From the NCBI GenBank assembly GCA_036172245.1, contig JAYWIR010000003.1:2170001-2234000 (forward strand): DNA of 64,000 nucleotides, given 5' to 3'. Source of the DNA: Raillietiella orientalis. Taxonomy: Eukaryota. Positions 40,101 to 52,600 of the stretch are shown here, in pieces. Within the stretch, counting starts at the first letter, position 1. Each line of letters begins with the position of its first letter. The notes beneath the pieces were generated by a model. It saw only the letters and a list, made by a program, of their open reading frames with translations, was not told the DNA's origin and made no database searches. The translations under genes and the position numbers were made by a program.

Positions 40101-43057
40101 GTTCAAGTAGGGCTTGGCAGGTTCTCGCTGCACAGATGACAATCCTTCGCCCCGGATTCTTTCGACATTTTGTCGACGTAACCCTGGGATGTTGAATTTC
40201 CTACTTCATGGCTTTTCGATACCCATCGAGCTCTTTTGCAGAGAGCGTCTGCCGCAAATCAGCCGTTTGCATGCGAAATGAGTTCAAAGTTCTGCCCTCA
40301 ACGCGCGGATTACGCTAATTTAGTAGCAGCATTAACCGAGCATCGCTTCTTTTACAAGTTGTTTCATCTTATTTTATGGGCGTCATCAGTTCGTATGCTT
40401 GGAGCTTTAGGGTCTCCCTGTCTGTCATAGCAACATCTTCCGCTATCGACCGTGCCTCTTGACTTGCCCAAGTTGCTGTTGAAACCGTACTCATCCGCCT
40501 CGCCGATGCTGATCCCGATGCGCACCTCGTTCTTTTACTTTGGGATCGGTGAGTGTTCCTGGGTGTGTGCACTGGCTTCGGATCTCTCTCGATCCACCTA
40601 ATTAATGAGTAAGTATTTTGCCCGGGCATCTGAGATCCTCTGGAAGGCAGTGAAGGGTTGCAATCAGCGCCAAGCACACCTTTCCATCCAGAGCTCGAAC
40701 GGAACGACGTGGCATTCGTGTACTGTGTGTGTGTGTGTACAACTGCAATAAAACTTTGTAAACACCTGCAATAAAAGGGAGGCCTATAAAGGGGCGCACT
40801 GATCTGCATCCGCGGAGGAAAGCAAGGAGGCGAAATTTGTCGAAACTGCTGGAGGCCAACTCGAGTCATGGGAAACGGCAAGGCTCTGAGCGGGAAGTTT
40901 CCTCAGTTCAGGGAACGGAATCGATGCAGCAGGTGCACGCAGTGCGCGAGCTTGGAGAAGAAAAAATCACGCGAGCTTCGTCCCTCTGTAGCATTCGGGC
41001 CTTCCGGCAGTTGAGAAGAGGGAGAATCCTTGCTTCCTGGCAGCTTTGAATGCTCGGAGCGAAGCCCTGGAAGATGAAATGATCGAAATAGATGGTCATG
41101 GAAAGAAGAAGAATGGAATTTGCTTTCGTTGGGGGGGGCGGAAAGCACACTTTTCAAAAGCCATTCCGCACGACAGGTCAGCCAACAAGAGGAAAGGAGG
41201 AGAACGCAAGGATGAGGATATTTTCCGCAGCGTCACCATCTCATGAGAGATACAAGTTTCCGTTTCTTGGGTGCTGATCCAGAAGCAAAACCTCCCAGAT
41301 GCTTATCTTTTAGAGTGCCTGATCTTCACCTCACCGAATCCAGTCATCTTCCTTGAGGCTTCACCACAGTTCCGAAACTGAGAGCCTCTTCCCAGAAGCG
41401 GCGTGGCGACGGTGATTCAGCGACGATTCGGGATGAAGATTTATCTTTATTGGGTGGCGACACCATCGAGGAAGAGGGTGGTCACTCTTTTGACCGCTTC
41501 TCAGGAGGGAGATCCGATGAAGCCAGCTGAGAAGAAGCCGATAAACAATCACAGGAACGGATGCCTTTCAACATTACCGCGCGGACTGCGAAAGATGCAG
41601 AGTTTGGTCTTTTCATCCCGATTGATCTCTTGGTATTTACCCGCACTCGGATCCGCAGGGTGCTTGTTACTCTGTAGCAGGCTGAGTTTATTCCACTAAC
41701 AAATTCGACGGTTTGCTACTCCGAGGGCCTTCTTTCACTTCGGAAATCAAGCAATCATTGAAGATCAGGTGTCGGATAAAGTCAGTATCTTATCGATTAA
41801 TGACAAGTCGATAAAAAAAAAAGTAATAGTAATATTACACGATATTAGTAGGTGTTCTGAACGGAATTAAGGCAAGTCTTTTTGTAAGCAAAAATGAAGA
41901 TCAGGCACTCTAAAGTTGAGCGTCTGGGAAGTCATGCTGCTGAGTCAGCGCCCAGGAAACGGAATCTGTCTCACGTGAGACGGTCACGCAGCGGGAAACA
42001 TGAAAATGGAAAAAACACCTGCAAACTTTCCAGAATGGACGCTAACAACAGCCCTTGTGGGTTTCCTTCCCGAATTTCGCTTTCCCGTTCTCCAGGGCGA
42101 GTCCATCCTCACCGCCATCCGCTGAAATTCGAGTGATCATTCCGTCCCGCTGCACGAAAGTTCAAGCGAATAATGATAATAATAATAATAAAAAAAAAAC
42201 TGAACTCACCATCCTCGGCCCAGCTTTCGTCTTCCACATTCCTCCTTGCAAAAACACCACAGGGATGCGCCTTCAAGGAAGGGGCTTCCTTGATAGAGGC
42301 GTTCAGTACCATTGTCAACTCGCAGATCAGAGATAACCTCAGCAAAGCTGATGGAACCGTTCGTGATTCATCTCTTCGACCACTCTATCGTGTTTGCATC
42401 AGCATCACTCTCTCCCTACCACTAATCTTCCTTAGAACGCCAATTACATTATCTACAAATGGTTGATTAATGACCTGACTCAGGTCGGGAATCAACCTAT
42501 TCCATTTCCTCTCCATTTCTTCCCCCCCCCCTCCTTCTTCTCTACGCACTCCACAAGAAAATGATTTCTTATTCAAACCGCATCATCATCATTCTTCCCA
42601 GTCTCTCGCATCTTTTTCCATTCCTTCCCTCCCCTCCTATCCCCATCCGTTCCATTAATCATAGTCCCAATTCCCGATGCAAAAGCCTTCTCGTAGGACT
42701 CTTGCTTCATGGTCATGGTGGTGGTGGTGGAGCCAAAGGCACGATCCCTGACGCAAGCGCAGTGTCCTTGCAAGGGATGCTCACGAGAAGACTCCTTCTG
42801 GAGTACCGCCGGAAGGACATTCCACCGCATCGGAAAGCTTCTGGGAACGCAGCGAGGGGGTGATGTCAGGAACCCTCCTCGAGTTCCATCCTTCAAGTTT
42901 GTTAGGGCAGCTGGATGATGCATGAAAGGGCAAAGGAGGGCAAGGGGGCGGGTCGCGTGCCTTCCAGAATATCCTGCTTCCGTCTTGCGACCTCCGGGAT
43001 TGCTCTCCCTTCTCCCGCCAAGATCCACGGAAAAAGCCTCCAGCGATGAGCGCGTGA

Positions 43058-43127
43058 CCAACACAAACCCTTCTAGAACCGAATTTGTTTTCACATCCAC
43101 AAACTCGGATCTACAGGGTAAATGTGG
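43058..43127 (-). ncRNA. mir-10: microRNA mir-10 precursor (5p about 43120-43099, 3p about 43087-43065)
   Basis: The minus strand reads CCACATT-TACCCTGTAGATCCGAGTTTGT-GGATGTGAAAA-CAAATTCGGTTCTAGAAGGGTTT-GTGTTGG. The 5p arm matches canonical miR-10-5p UACCCUGUAGAUCCGAAUUUGU at 21/22 positions. The 3p arm matches arthropod miR-10-3p CAAAUUCGGUUCUAGAGAGGUUU at 21/23. The arms pair into a hairpin with an 11-nt loop. UG lies at -14/-13 (43134-43133), UGUG at the 5p/loop junction, and CAUC (CNNC) 17 nt after the 3p end (43048-43045). Confidence 0.96.
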
Positions 43128-43482
43128 GAAATCAGCAGCATCCTCCGTGTACCAAAAATCCTCGCATTGCAGTCTGCTCGCAAGTGACCGCTGCACTTGG
43201 GAGCTGTGGATGTTCCACGGTGAACTCGGAGCTTCGGCGGAGGTCATTCCACCGAGTGTGGAGACGGGCGTGTTTGCCCGCTTAGTTACCGCGCAACCGG
43301 AAGTCATTTGACCTGTAGGCTTCCATTCCGTTCGGCTTTGAATAAGATGGTCACAAAGCACTTTCAGAAGGCGCGGGTCACCAAGGTTTGGGGGTTTCGT
43401 GGTGAGATGAGCAGCTACGCTTTGGGGAGGTGAGGAAGGGGGGAAGAGGGCTGGCACTTCTAATGCACGAGGAAGTGCACCA

Positions 43483-44132
43483 CACGTGCGATCCTGGTTC
43501 ACCACGAAGGAAGAGAATTCTAAAAAGAAACGTGCCTTTTAGAACATTCATGAATTCCAGCGTCGAGCTTTTCCTTCCATCCCGTTGTAGCCTGGTGCTC
43601 CTGGAGCAGCTGTGCAAGCGGGAGAGGTGTCGGTACACCTCAGCGCACCACCTCACCCCGCCTCGAAAACTGAGATGGAAGGGGGTGAGCTAAAATTTCT
43701 CTGGTGCTCACGAATCGTCCAGCCCACCCTGGAAAGGAAAGCGGAAGCGGGTTCAGAAAGTTCTAGACCTACGACTCCGGAAGGGAACGACGGCCGCCAT
43801 GACACGCGGGTCCGACGCGATTCCACGTGCACGTGGAAGGGATCGCACTGAACAAGTCGATGCCTCTTCCTCCCCCTTTTCCAGTCGTTCCGCGCGCTCC
43901 CGCCTTGACGTTTTGGCGCCAACACTCTTGCCGGCTGCTTCTCACGTGAACGCTGGACGGCCAGGGCTTCGGTAGAGGTTCCCGTCCTGCGTCAGGATTC
44001 GGAGACCAGATTGGGGATCCCGCTATTCTGCGAGCTGCAGTGGGAGGGCGCGTGCGCGCTCCATAATTTTTTTTTTTGCTGTCGGGGGCATTTTCGGGTG
44101 TCCCAACGCTCTTTGCTTCTTCTTCTTCTTCT

Positions 44133-44167
<35 letters not shown>

Positions 44168-44225
44168 GGTTCCCATTCATTGCATGCTTTCGAAACATTC
44201 CGGATTCCCGACACTTGGGCACGTG
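43483..44225. promoter_or_regulatory. CACGTG E-box cluster with E2F-like site and GA repeat upstream of mir-10
   Basis: CACGTG occurs at 43483, 43824, 43830, 43943 and 44220. The pair at 43824/43830 lies in the perfect 18-bp palindrome TTCCACGTGCACGTGGAA (43821-43838). TTTGGCGC is at 43912-43919 and (CT)14 at 44136-44163. Confidence 0.45.
44116..44163. repeat. compound microsatellite (CTT)6 + (CT)14
   Basis: Read directly from the sequence. Confidence 0.95.
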
Positions 44226-47200
44226 AGGGGAAAGGGAAAATAGAAGTCAGGAAGCGCCTTTTTCCCAGAGTTTGTCTCCCTTCCCCTCACTCGTCAAAGG
44301 ACGAAGAAGAGCTCAGGGCAGGCTGGAAGCTTCGAGCGAAAACTTCCGATTCTTAATGAACCATTCGCAGTGTTTCTCAGCTCCCTGATTCCGAGCGGTT
44401 ATTTTTGATTAGAGGAAACAAATCCCCTTTCCTTCGCATATGCAGTTCCCGATCATTCGAAAGCAAATCTCCAGGGAGAGGGAGGTGAAACTCACCTCAC
44501 CTCGATGTTGAGAATGTTCTCGACTTGCAGCGATCTGAATCTTCCCTGAGAACCGTGAGAGAACCAAAGAGCTTTCGAGGCTTTCGATGCGAAGGAACGA
44601 CGGTTTTCCGGAGAAGGAGGGACCGGCATTTCTCCCCCGCCCTCCCCGGTGGTTATCTGTGGCTGTACGGAAATCGAAAATACGTACAAAAAGGGTTCTG
44701 CATGTTTCACAGTGGCGCTGTTTGAAAGAGATTGCGCAGGATGCATGCTTAGCATCCTAGGTCGACGGAGAGGTCCGGTTTCCCTAAAGAAAGTGAGCGT
44801 GAATCTCGAAAACTCCTGACGCACCAAGGGCACGACATGTCCATGAAAAGGTGGTGCTGAAGCTAACGACAAGCCAGCAAACCTCCGAACGGCCGGACGG
44901 GTGCGCTCCCTCAACGTATTCTCCGTGTTCTTCACGCAAGCACACATCGTGCGCGGGGAAGGTGAGAAGATATCGGGTCAGCGTACTGGATGCCCTGCGG
45001 ACAGGACGTCAGGAAAGCGAAAGAAGCAGGAGCACTCAGGAGTGGCATCCACAAGAGTTCGAAAGGGGCGCCTGCCGCCAGCGGGTCCACAAACGCGCTC
45101 CGAAATACGGAAAGCACTCGAACAGGAGAAGCACGCGAGAGATGCAGAGCGAGGGTTGTTCCGCGTAAAAAGTTTTGGCTTTGGTTGCATCAGCTGCTAC
45201 AGAAGTACGCTAATGTACCAGAGACGTACCAACAAGCTGCAGGAATTATCTGCTTCCGTGGAGGCTGGTATCCTAAGGCTAGCATCAAAATATCCATCGC
45301 CTTCGAGAGTCGCCATTATTAATAGAAGATCTCTCTGATGAAGTCACTTTGTGGGGGGTATTGGGCCTTCGAGCAAAAAATGGCAAGTAACAGGCAACAG
45401 CTAACAGTGGCAGTTAAGGAACAGTCACTATGGCTGGATGGAAACAAAATAAAACTGAAGTGCCGCTCAAGATGAACATACTGGGAAATGATTCGCCATG
45501 GTAATCCTCAAGTTCTCTTACTAAAGGTCAATCAATCCTCCATGGCGTTCGTGTCATTTTCGAAACCTCTGCTTCCACGGCGACAAGAAAAGTCTCGTCG
45601 CTGGGCTCTGTGCTCAGGCAGCAACAGGATCTATCGTATGGGCAGTGCGGAGGCCTCCTGGCATCTGGCTACGGTGTTCTCGGATGGGTCATTTCCAAAT
45701 AACGTCATCTGCTATTCATAACAGTGGCCGGCTTTATAAAATGGGAAAGTGTTTCAGAAAAGAATTCTCACAGCCAGGAAAAGCGAGTAAACTGAATGTC
45801 CATTGTGCTACATTACTATGTGCTGTAATAAGGTGTGCAGAGCCGAGCCGAGCCATCGAACAATTACATTGTATTACTGCAGAAGAACTCTTTAATGTTC
45901 AATGGTTTCGAGCAGAGTGGTTCGCCGTCCATAAGTATTCTGAGGCTCTTTTCGGACGAATTAAATGCGCAAAAAAAATAAAATAAAAGCGAAGAGCGAA
46001 GCTATTGCCACTTAGTGATGGTTGGAATAAATAAAGATGCACGAAAGGTTGGTGAAAATAAGACAAAAGTTTTGGATACCGAAATCCTTCCGCACTTACG
46101 AGGAGCCCTTCGAATTCCTCAGCATTACAAAATCATTAATGGGCAGTTATTCGTATGGACGCAGGGAGACAAGGAGCGATTGAATTGATTACTGCGGACA
46201 CGAATGAAGGGTGCAAGTAAGATAACGCAGTCTTGCTTAAGTCAGGATCGAGCATCCAAAAAGTTCTGCTCAGTGCCTCAAGGTGCTTCCCAGGAGCTCG
46301 TGACATCCCCCGAAGGCATCATCCACTCGTAGATGAGTGTTTTCGGCGCCTTGTGATATATAGAACCAATTATCGTTTGGGACGAATGTTTATATGTTTA
46401 ACGCATGCTGGATTGGCACTTAGAACATGCATGCTGTATTACGTATGCTTCTCGTGCATTCACTTCCACGGTTTCATCTGCAGGTTGCGCACTCCATGTG
46501 TGAAAGCATCACGAGAACCCCAGCATCGTGGAAGAATCGAGTTTTTCCATCAGCGATCACCAGCAAGATCTTGCCCGCCAAGGACGTCCATCTCTGAGCA
46601 ATTAATCTGTTTTCTGCTCCTCTTCGAATTAATTACGAAGCTTGAAAAATCAGATAGAGGCGACTCCAAAAGAAGCAGCTTGCGAAAGAATCGGAAACGC
46701 CCTTACTGTCTGTGGGAGAGACGAGGTGAGTGCCAACATGTGGATGGGAGCATTTCGCTTGTAGCGGGAAATTTCAGAGCTCCTCTGAAGGATATTTTCA
46801 TGACGAGGTTGGATGGAGGAATGACTCATCACGGAGTAGAATACGGAATGGAGTGACGTTGGCGACCCGTGACTTGTGACCACAGCGAAATAATAAAACT
46901 GTAATGTTTATAAACAGGCGGACTACCCCGAAGGGTGCTTCGAGGTTCGGAATTCAGCTGGCCTTGCAGATTTCCCCAAGGGAGCGCCCGACGTGGCGAT
47001 TCCACGAGAAGCTCCATAGGAGGCTGAGTGAGAGTCCTGAGTCTTCGAGGAGGGAGGAATTTCCGTCGCAAGCCAAACGTATAAGAATGTGAGGGAGGTT
47101 TAAAATGCAAATCCCCTGATCCCTCCGTTTTCCTATTAACGTACTGACTGTGCAACGTTCCCAAGACGTGTTATCGCCCCGTTGCAATTCCGTAAAACGA

Positions 47201-47960
47201 AATCCACTAGTCAATGAACATCTGCCGGTGCTCGCTGGAGAAAAGAGAACGGCCTCTTCCTTATAAGCCGAAAAACACCACTCGCTTGCAAGAGTTGTAT
47301 AATTTATGGTGCAGCAATCGACGACGAAGGCAACTTGTGATTTTCAACACACACCTGCATCGCATGTGTGTTTTTGTTGCAGCGGAGGATTTTCTCTGGT
47401 TTTACCTCGATCTAATTGACGCTTCGGATGTGAGGGAAAAAAAAGTCCTTCCCCGAGATGCGGCTTCAGTTTTCACAACGCCGTGCTTCTCGAACTTTGG
47501 AAAACCGATTTCGAGTTCCTTCAAAGGGGAGCACCGAACGAAATCCCTCTGGCATAAAGTCCCCGGCGCTCAAGGTGGAGGAATCCTCGCATCCATCGCG
47601 AGTCCACGATTTGCGATGCAGATTTCGCAAATGGAAAAGAAGAAGAAGGAGGAGAAGAAGAAATTCCAGAACGTTCGCTCGTTCTGGAATTTCCGAGCGG
47701 AGCAAAGCGAAAGACACCCCGAACTCGCGGGCAGGGTATCGTGTGCTCTCCACAGCCTGCAAAAGCTGGAAGCAATGCGTTTCCCCTGCCCTTTTGCTTA
47801 CTGTGTGAGAGATAATAAATTACAAAGACAATCCCTCTGATATGGACTCTGACTTCGACCAGAAAGTTTGTTTGTCGGAATTCCGAGATCGCACTCGACT
47901 ACATAAGGAACAACAAGTTTTAAACACATGGTTTGGATTAAAAACAGAGGAAAAAGGAAG

Positions 47961-47992
<32 letters not shown>

Positions 47993-48033
47993 CAGAAACA
48001 CGAAAAATGCAATGTACGTAGCTCTAGAAAGGA

Positions 48034-48036
<3 letters not shown>

Positions 48037-48082
<46 letters not shown>
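48037..48082. repeat. (AC)23 microsatellite
   Basis: Read directly from the sequence. Confidence 0.98.
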
Positions 48083-48087
<5 letters not shown>

Positions 48088-49596
48088 GTGATCATAAAAT
48101 TTCACTTGCAATCCTTAGCTGAATGGATTGTTCATTCATTCAGAAAACGTACGCAGAGCATTCCTCTTGTCGGTGAACTCTTTGAGACAGAGGTAAGGAA
48201 GACTTCCACGAGGACCGCAACAACAGCAGAAATTCCGTAGCACGTGCTCTAATGGAAAATTCGCGGGTACAGATCTGAAGGCACCCGGGAATATAATTTA
48301 TTATGGGGCGATAGGTGTTTCTCAGCGCCAAGCACGGTGCATTTCCTTCCTACGTGCCTTTCTCCCTCTCTTGTACAAGAATCCATTTATAGGCGTTTTT
48401 TATCAATTTGTATCGGGAAGTCTGTGAGCGACACTGTGGTTTGGATTCGGCTTCAAATTTTATCTTGGTTCCCTTTCAGCTTCCCTTTTGCAGCTTTCCT
48501 GGTTTCGAGTTTTCGATTCTCATCAGCGGGATGCTGGAGGAGATGTGCTAATCTGTGGAAAGGGAGATAGCAAATACCAAGCAAGATGTGTGCTATCAGG
48601 AGACTTTGAAAAGTTTTACCAGATGCCGTAGCAAGCAGCCAAACGGATAACTCGCATTAGGGCAGTGGCAAAAGTGTCGCCACAGCCGAAGAGTGCCTTC
48701 CTGTATCCGGAAAAGTTTGGCATGCCTGATTATTCCTCTCCATCCTGATAGTGCAGCGACGTAGAACTTTCTTGATTAGAAAAACAAAACTTCTATCCAG
48801 CATCGGCGCTCTTGCTGTAATCACTAGATAAATTTTCTGGAAATTCCAGTTCTCTATCGGAAGGCTGAGCAGAAAAATCGTGTCGGAGTTGCATCCGTTG
48901 CATCGCCCTAGAAGCACTCTATTTACTTATTTCATCTTTCTATTTCTTCAGCTTTTCATTTACTGCTGGAGAAAGCCACGACTTTGCCAACCCTTACTCA
49001 ATAGATCTATCTGGCACCGAGATTCGCGGAAAGTGATACGGGAGACTGGATGAAGAACTGCTTAGTTGTGCGCGATTCACAGCATCAGTTGTTTTGAGAA
49101 GGACGGGACATGCAAGAGAACGCGGTGGCCATCCACTTCCGGAAAGGACACGAATAGTTCTGCGAGTCCTTCAGCCTCGGGCTTTTAAAAATAATGCATT
49201 TGGGGAATGACTTCCCATTCGCGTCTTTGCCGTAGTTCAGGATATGCCAATCCATAGGAAATTAACTTTTAGAGGATTTTCACCGCCATCGGAAAAGGAC
49301 ACGCACGCATTACTACCTGGAAAGTTACCAAAAAGTGAAAAGGAACCCCGAATAAGGGATTGGCAATTTTCGCAAAAATGCCTCGCCTCGTTTAGCAACA
49401 TCTACGAGTTCTGCGTATTTTCTGCAACATTCTGAGCTGCCCCTCTAGATGATGCCCCAATGTCTGTCATGGTACTCAAAGTGCAGACTCCACATACTGC
49501 ACCGGACGGCGACTTCTACAGTTCCAACTTTTGCTTGGAAACGGGAAAGTTCAGAAGGACGCATAAACTTGGAATAAAATGAGGACCAACCAAGTA

Positions 49597-49638
49597 CTCA
49601 CGAGAGGCTATGGATAGTTATCCATAGCCTCTCGTGAG
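49597..49638. repeat. perfect inverted repeat, 20-bp arms, 2-nt spacer (GT)
   Basis: CTCACGAGAGGCTATGGATA-gt-TATCCATAGCCTCTCGTGAG. Confidence 0.97.
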
Positions 49639-52600
49639 CTCTAATGAATGTGAGGAGATGCTATTCATAAAGATGCTGCATGACAAAAACCATCTGCTAA
49701 TGTTCTCTTTCACAGTCTACACAGAAAAACCTGCTGCACAAAGGGGCATACATCAGATGAGATGAGAGTTTTTAATTCATGATCAAAAATCTCCTTGAAC
49801 TGAGGTGAAAATCAGATCATCCCAACGTTGGTATGAATCCTCCGAAGAAAATGATCACCATCGCATGGACCGAAATCTTCCGAGAAATGGGGTGGATGGA
49901 AGAAGAGGGAACAGGGTTGCCCAAAACAGGGTTGGTATCCGGTTATGACCTCCAGGGAGGACTATGAGAAGCAGGAAGCCTTGTACTAGGTAAACCTACA
50001 TGAACTCTCGAGTTTTGAAAAAGAGGCTGGAAGGCGTCTCTGATTCACCGGAAGCCCTCAACCGTTACAGACTCCGTGGGCAAGATCGAGGAGCGTTCCT
50101 GATCAACGCATGCCACTCCTCGTAACGAATCCAGGGTATGACGTGTGTTGTTTTCACGTCACTCTTGCAAAATGGCGTTACAAGAACCTAGCTGCTCCGT
50201 TGCCTTGCAGTTGGTATAGTTTGAGGGCACGGACTAAAACTACGGATTAAGAAAACGGCTAAAACCACGGCACCACTTCCTCGGTGGAAGAGTAGTGTGA
50301 AACGTATAAATTAGAGGAACAAAGTCTCTCCGGAGACGAACGGCTCGCGGGAGATCCATACCAAAGTTCCGAGTTCGTGCCGGATTTCGGTTCACAACGA
50401 AAAGCACTCAAAAGACAGAGTCTGCTCCTCGTGCTCAAAATACACACGAAGGTGCTCAAAAGGGTGCAACAAGCGGACAGGAGCGACCACGGGACATTTC
50501 TTTTCTTCTCGATGCAGATGGTGGGGGTTCGAGAAAACAATGGCTGAAATGGATGGAAGATCGACTTCCTGATGAATTGCGATTCCGCCAAGGCAAAGAA
50601 TGAGCACGGGGATGGAATTCAAGTCGAGAAGCAACGACATCATTGCCCCTGGAAATAGGCAACAGAATCTGAACTGAAAAGTCATCGAAGTTTCGCCAGT
50701 CTCCCACTCTGGCGTTGTTTATGAGTTTCCCCTGAATCCCAACCAAGCAGGGAACGAACAGCATGAATTCATCGTACACCCAAGTTGAACGTGAGCGGCA
50801 CTGAAATCGAAATCACGCAATGATCCCCCGCTCAGCATCCGACGAGATCTTGCCTTTCGGTGCTTGCGGATCCAATTTTGGAACGGCGATCTTTCGAAAG
50901 CTCGCAGCAAACGTAATAAAAATCACGGAGAACAGAAAGACGTAAGGAAGCGGGAAATTCGATTCGGAGAGCGAAGGAGGACGAAATGAGCACGAGGTTT
51001 ACCACCGTGCTCACCGGTTCGCTTTCAGTGAGGTATCCTGGATGCACGACGTTGGCTATCACATGAGATGGCGCCGCGTTTCGAAAGTCGCCGCGAGCCA
51101 AAAATGGAGTCAGCAATCCGTCACGAATGCTACGAATACGCAGACACCTTCCACCCGCATTCTCTTGCAGAGTGTTCCAGTCCTCTGAACGGCACAGCAA
51201 GCAGCGTACACGTGAGCGTACGGATGAACTGCGAAAGGAATCAGCTGTCGAAGAAATCAGCGTGGTCAGCAAAGAGATGTGCACTTGCAGATGGACCGTT
51301 TGTTGAAAGTCGGAAACCAGGAACAAGAAAAGAATCCTCAAAAATTCGATTTCTCTCAAACAGCGAAGGACCCGCGTGCAATACCACCCCCCTCCTACGG
51401 CGAAAGGAATCAATTTAAAAAAAAAAATTATCAGAATATTTTGGAAACCTTCTTTTAATAGCGTCTAACTGCTGAGGAACGAACAATCTGATGCATTTCC
51501 CGGAAAATACCGAATCGAACTGATGTCAAAAAGCCTCCGCCCTCCAAGAACGCCGATGGAGCAATCCAGACGAAAATAAAGCAATGAAAGGTCAGGCTGT
51601 TTAATAAAACTTGTCCTTCGTGATAGCGAAGCACCGCAAATGCAAACGAGTTTGTTTTTAGCTCATTGAAAACCACGAACCAGTCTCAACCAGGCAAAAT
51701 ATCCGTTCCCCTAGTGGATAAGGGAAACTATTCGGCGGAGGACCTTCCCTTTCGTTTTAGAAATTTGCTGCGCGCACACTGCCATTGCACAGAAAACGCT
51801 TTGGAACAATAATATAAGGTCTGTGTGACCTTCAGCTTTCCCATTCCACGACCCGAAATTCGAAATGGAGCGACAGCGTATCCGCGGTCACAATTCCCAA
51901 AACGCGAAAGCTCGTTCGGCACCGAAAAGGAGAGAGTGATGACTTCGGATGACAAGGAGAATCGAAGCAACAGGGACGCGACCCGGAGCTGGAAGGGTGG
52001 ACGCGGGAGTCCAGGGATCGCCGGATCCATCATCACTCCAGGGATGGGAGGGCACAGTTCTATAGCAGTGCCTTTTGGAGGTTCGGCAAAACCAGAAAAA
52101 ACGGCGTTTCTTCGAACCTCCGTATTCCATTTGCTCCCTACCTACGATGGCGAAGAGAACGAAACATCCTCTCAGTACCGGAACATCTTCCATTTTAGCA
52201 ACAGCGAAAACGTCAGGTAAGCAGCGGAGTCTTCGCAAATCGAAACCTTCGAAGAAGGCTCCGGGAAACGAACCTGAGAATCCGCGCGCAGCACGGGATG
52301 CTGGCAAGCGCTTTCTCTAATTCGCCGTGCAACCTTCGGGCTTTGAAACGCCACCCTTAGCAACGCCACCGGTAACCATGCCACCAGGAACAAAAATGCT
52401 TTGTAACATACTTCCCTTTACCTAAATTTGGGGGAGGCATGGCCATTGGAAGATCCCTCGAGGAGACGAGCGTTCTCAGTTCGGGAGGAGAACCCAAGTT
52501 TCTCGTTTCTGCCTGTTCCCTCTTTACCAAGGAAAATGGCTGCAGTGAGCTTCGAACTCGCACACATTAAAAAGTTCCACTGAAGGATGAGCTCTTAACG

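Noticed and set aside
42573..43505. 310-aa minus-strand ORF spanning mir-10
   Set aside because: Non-ATG start, no recognisable domain, and it runs through the conserved miRNA hairpin; most likely a chance ORF.
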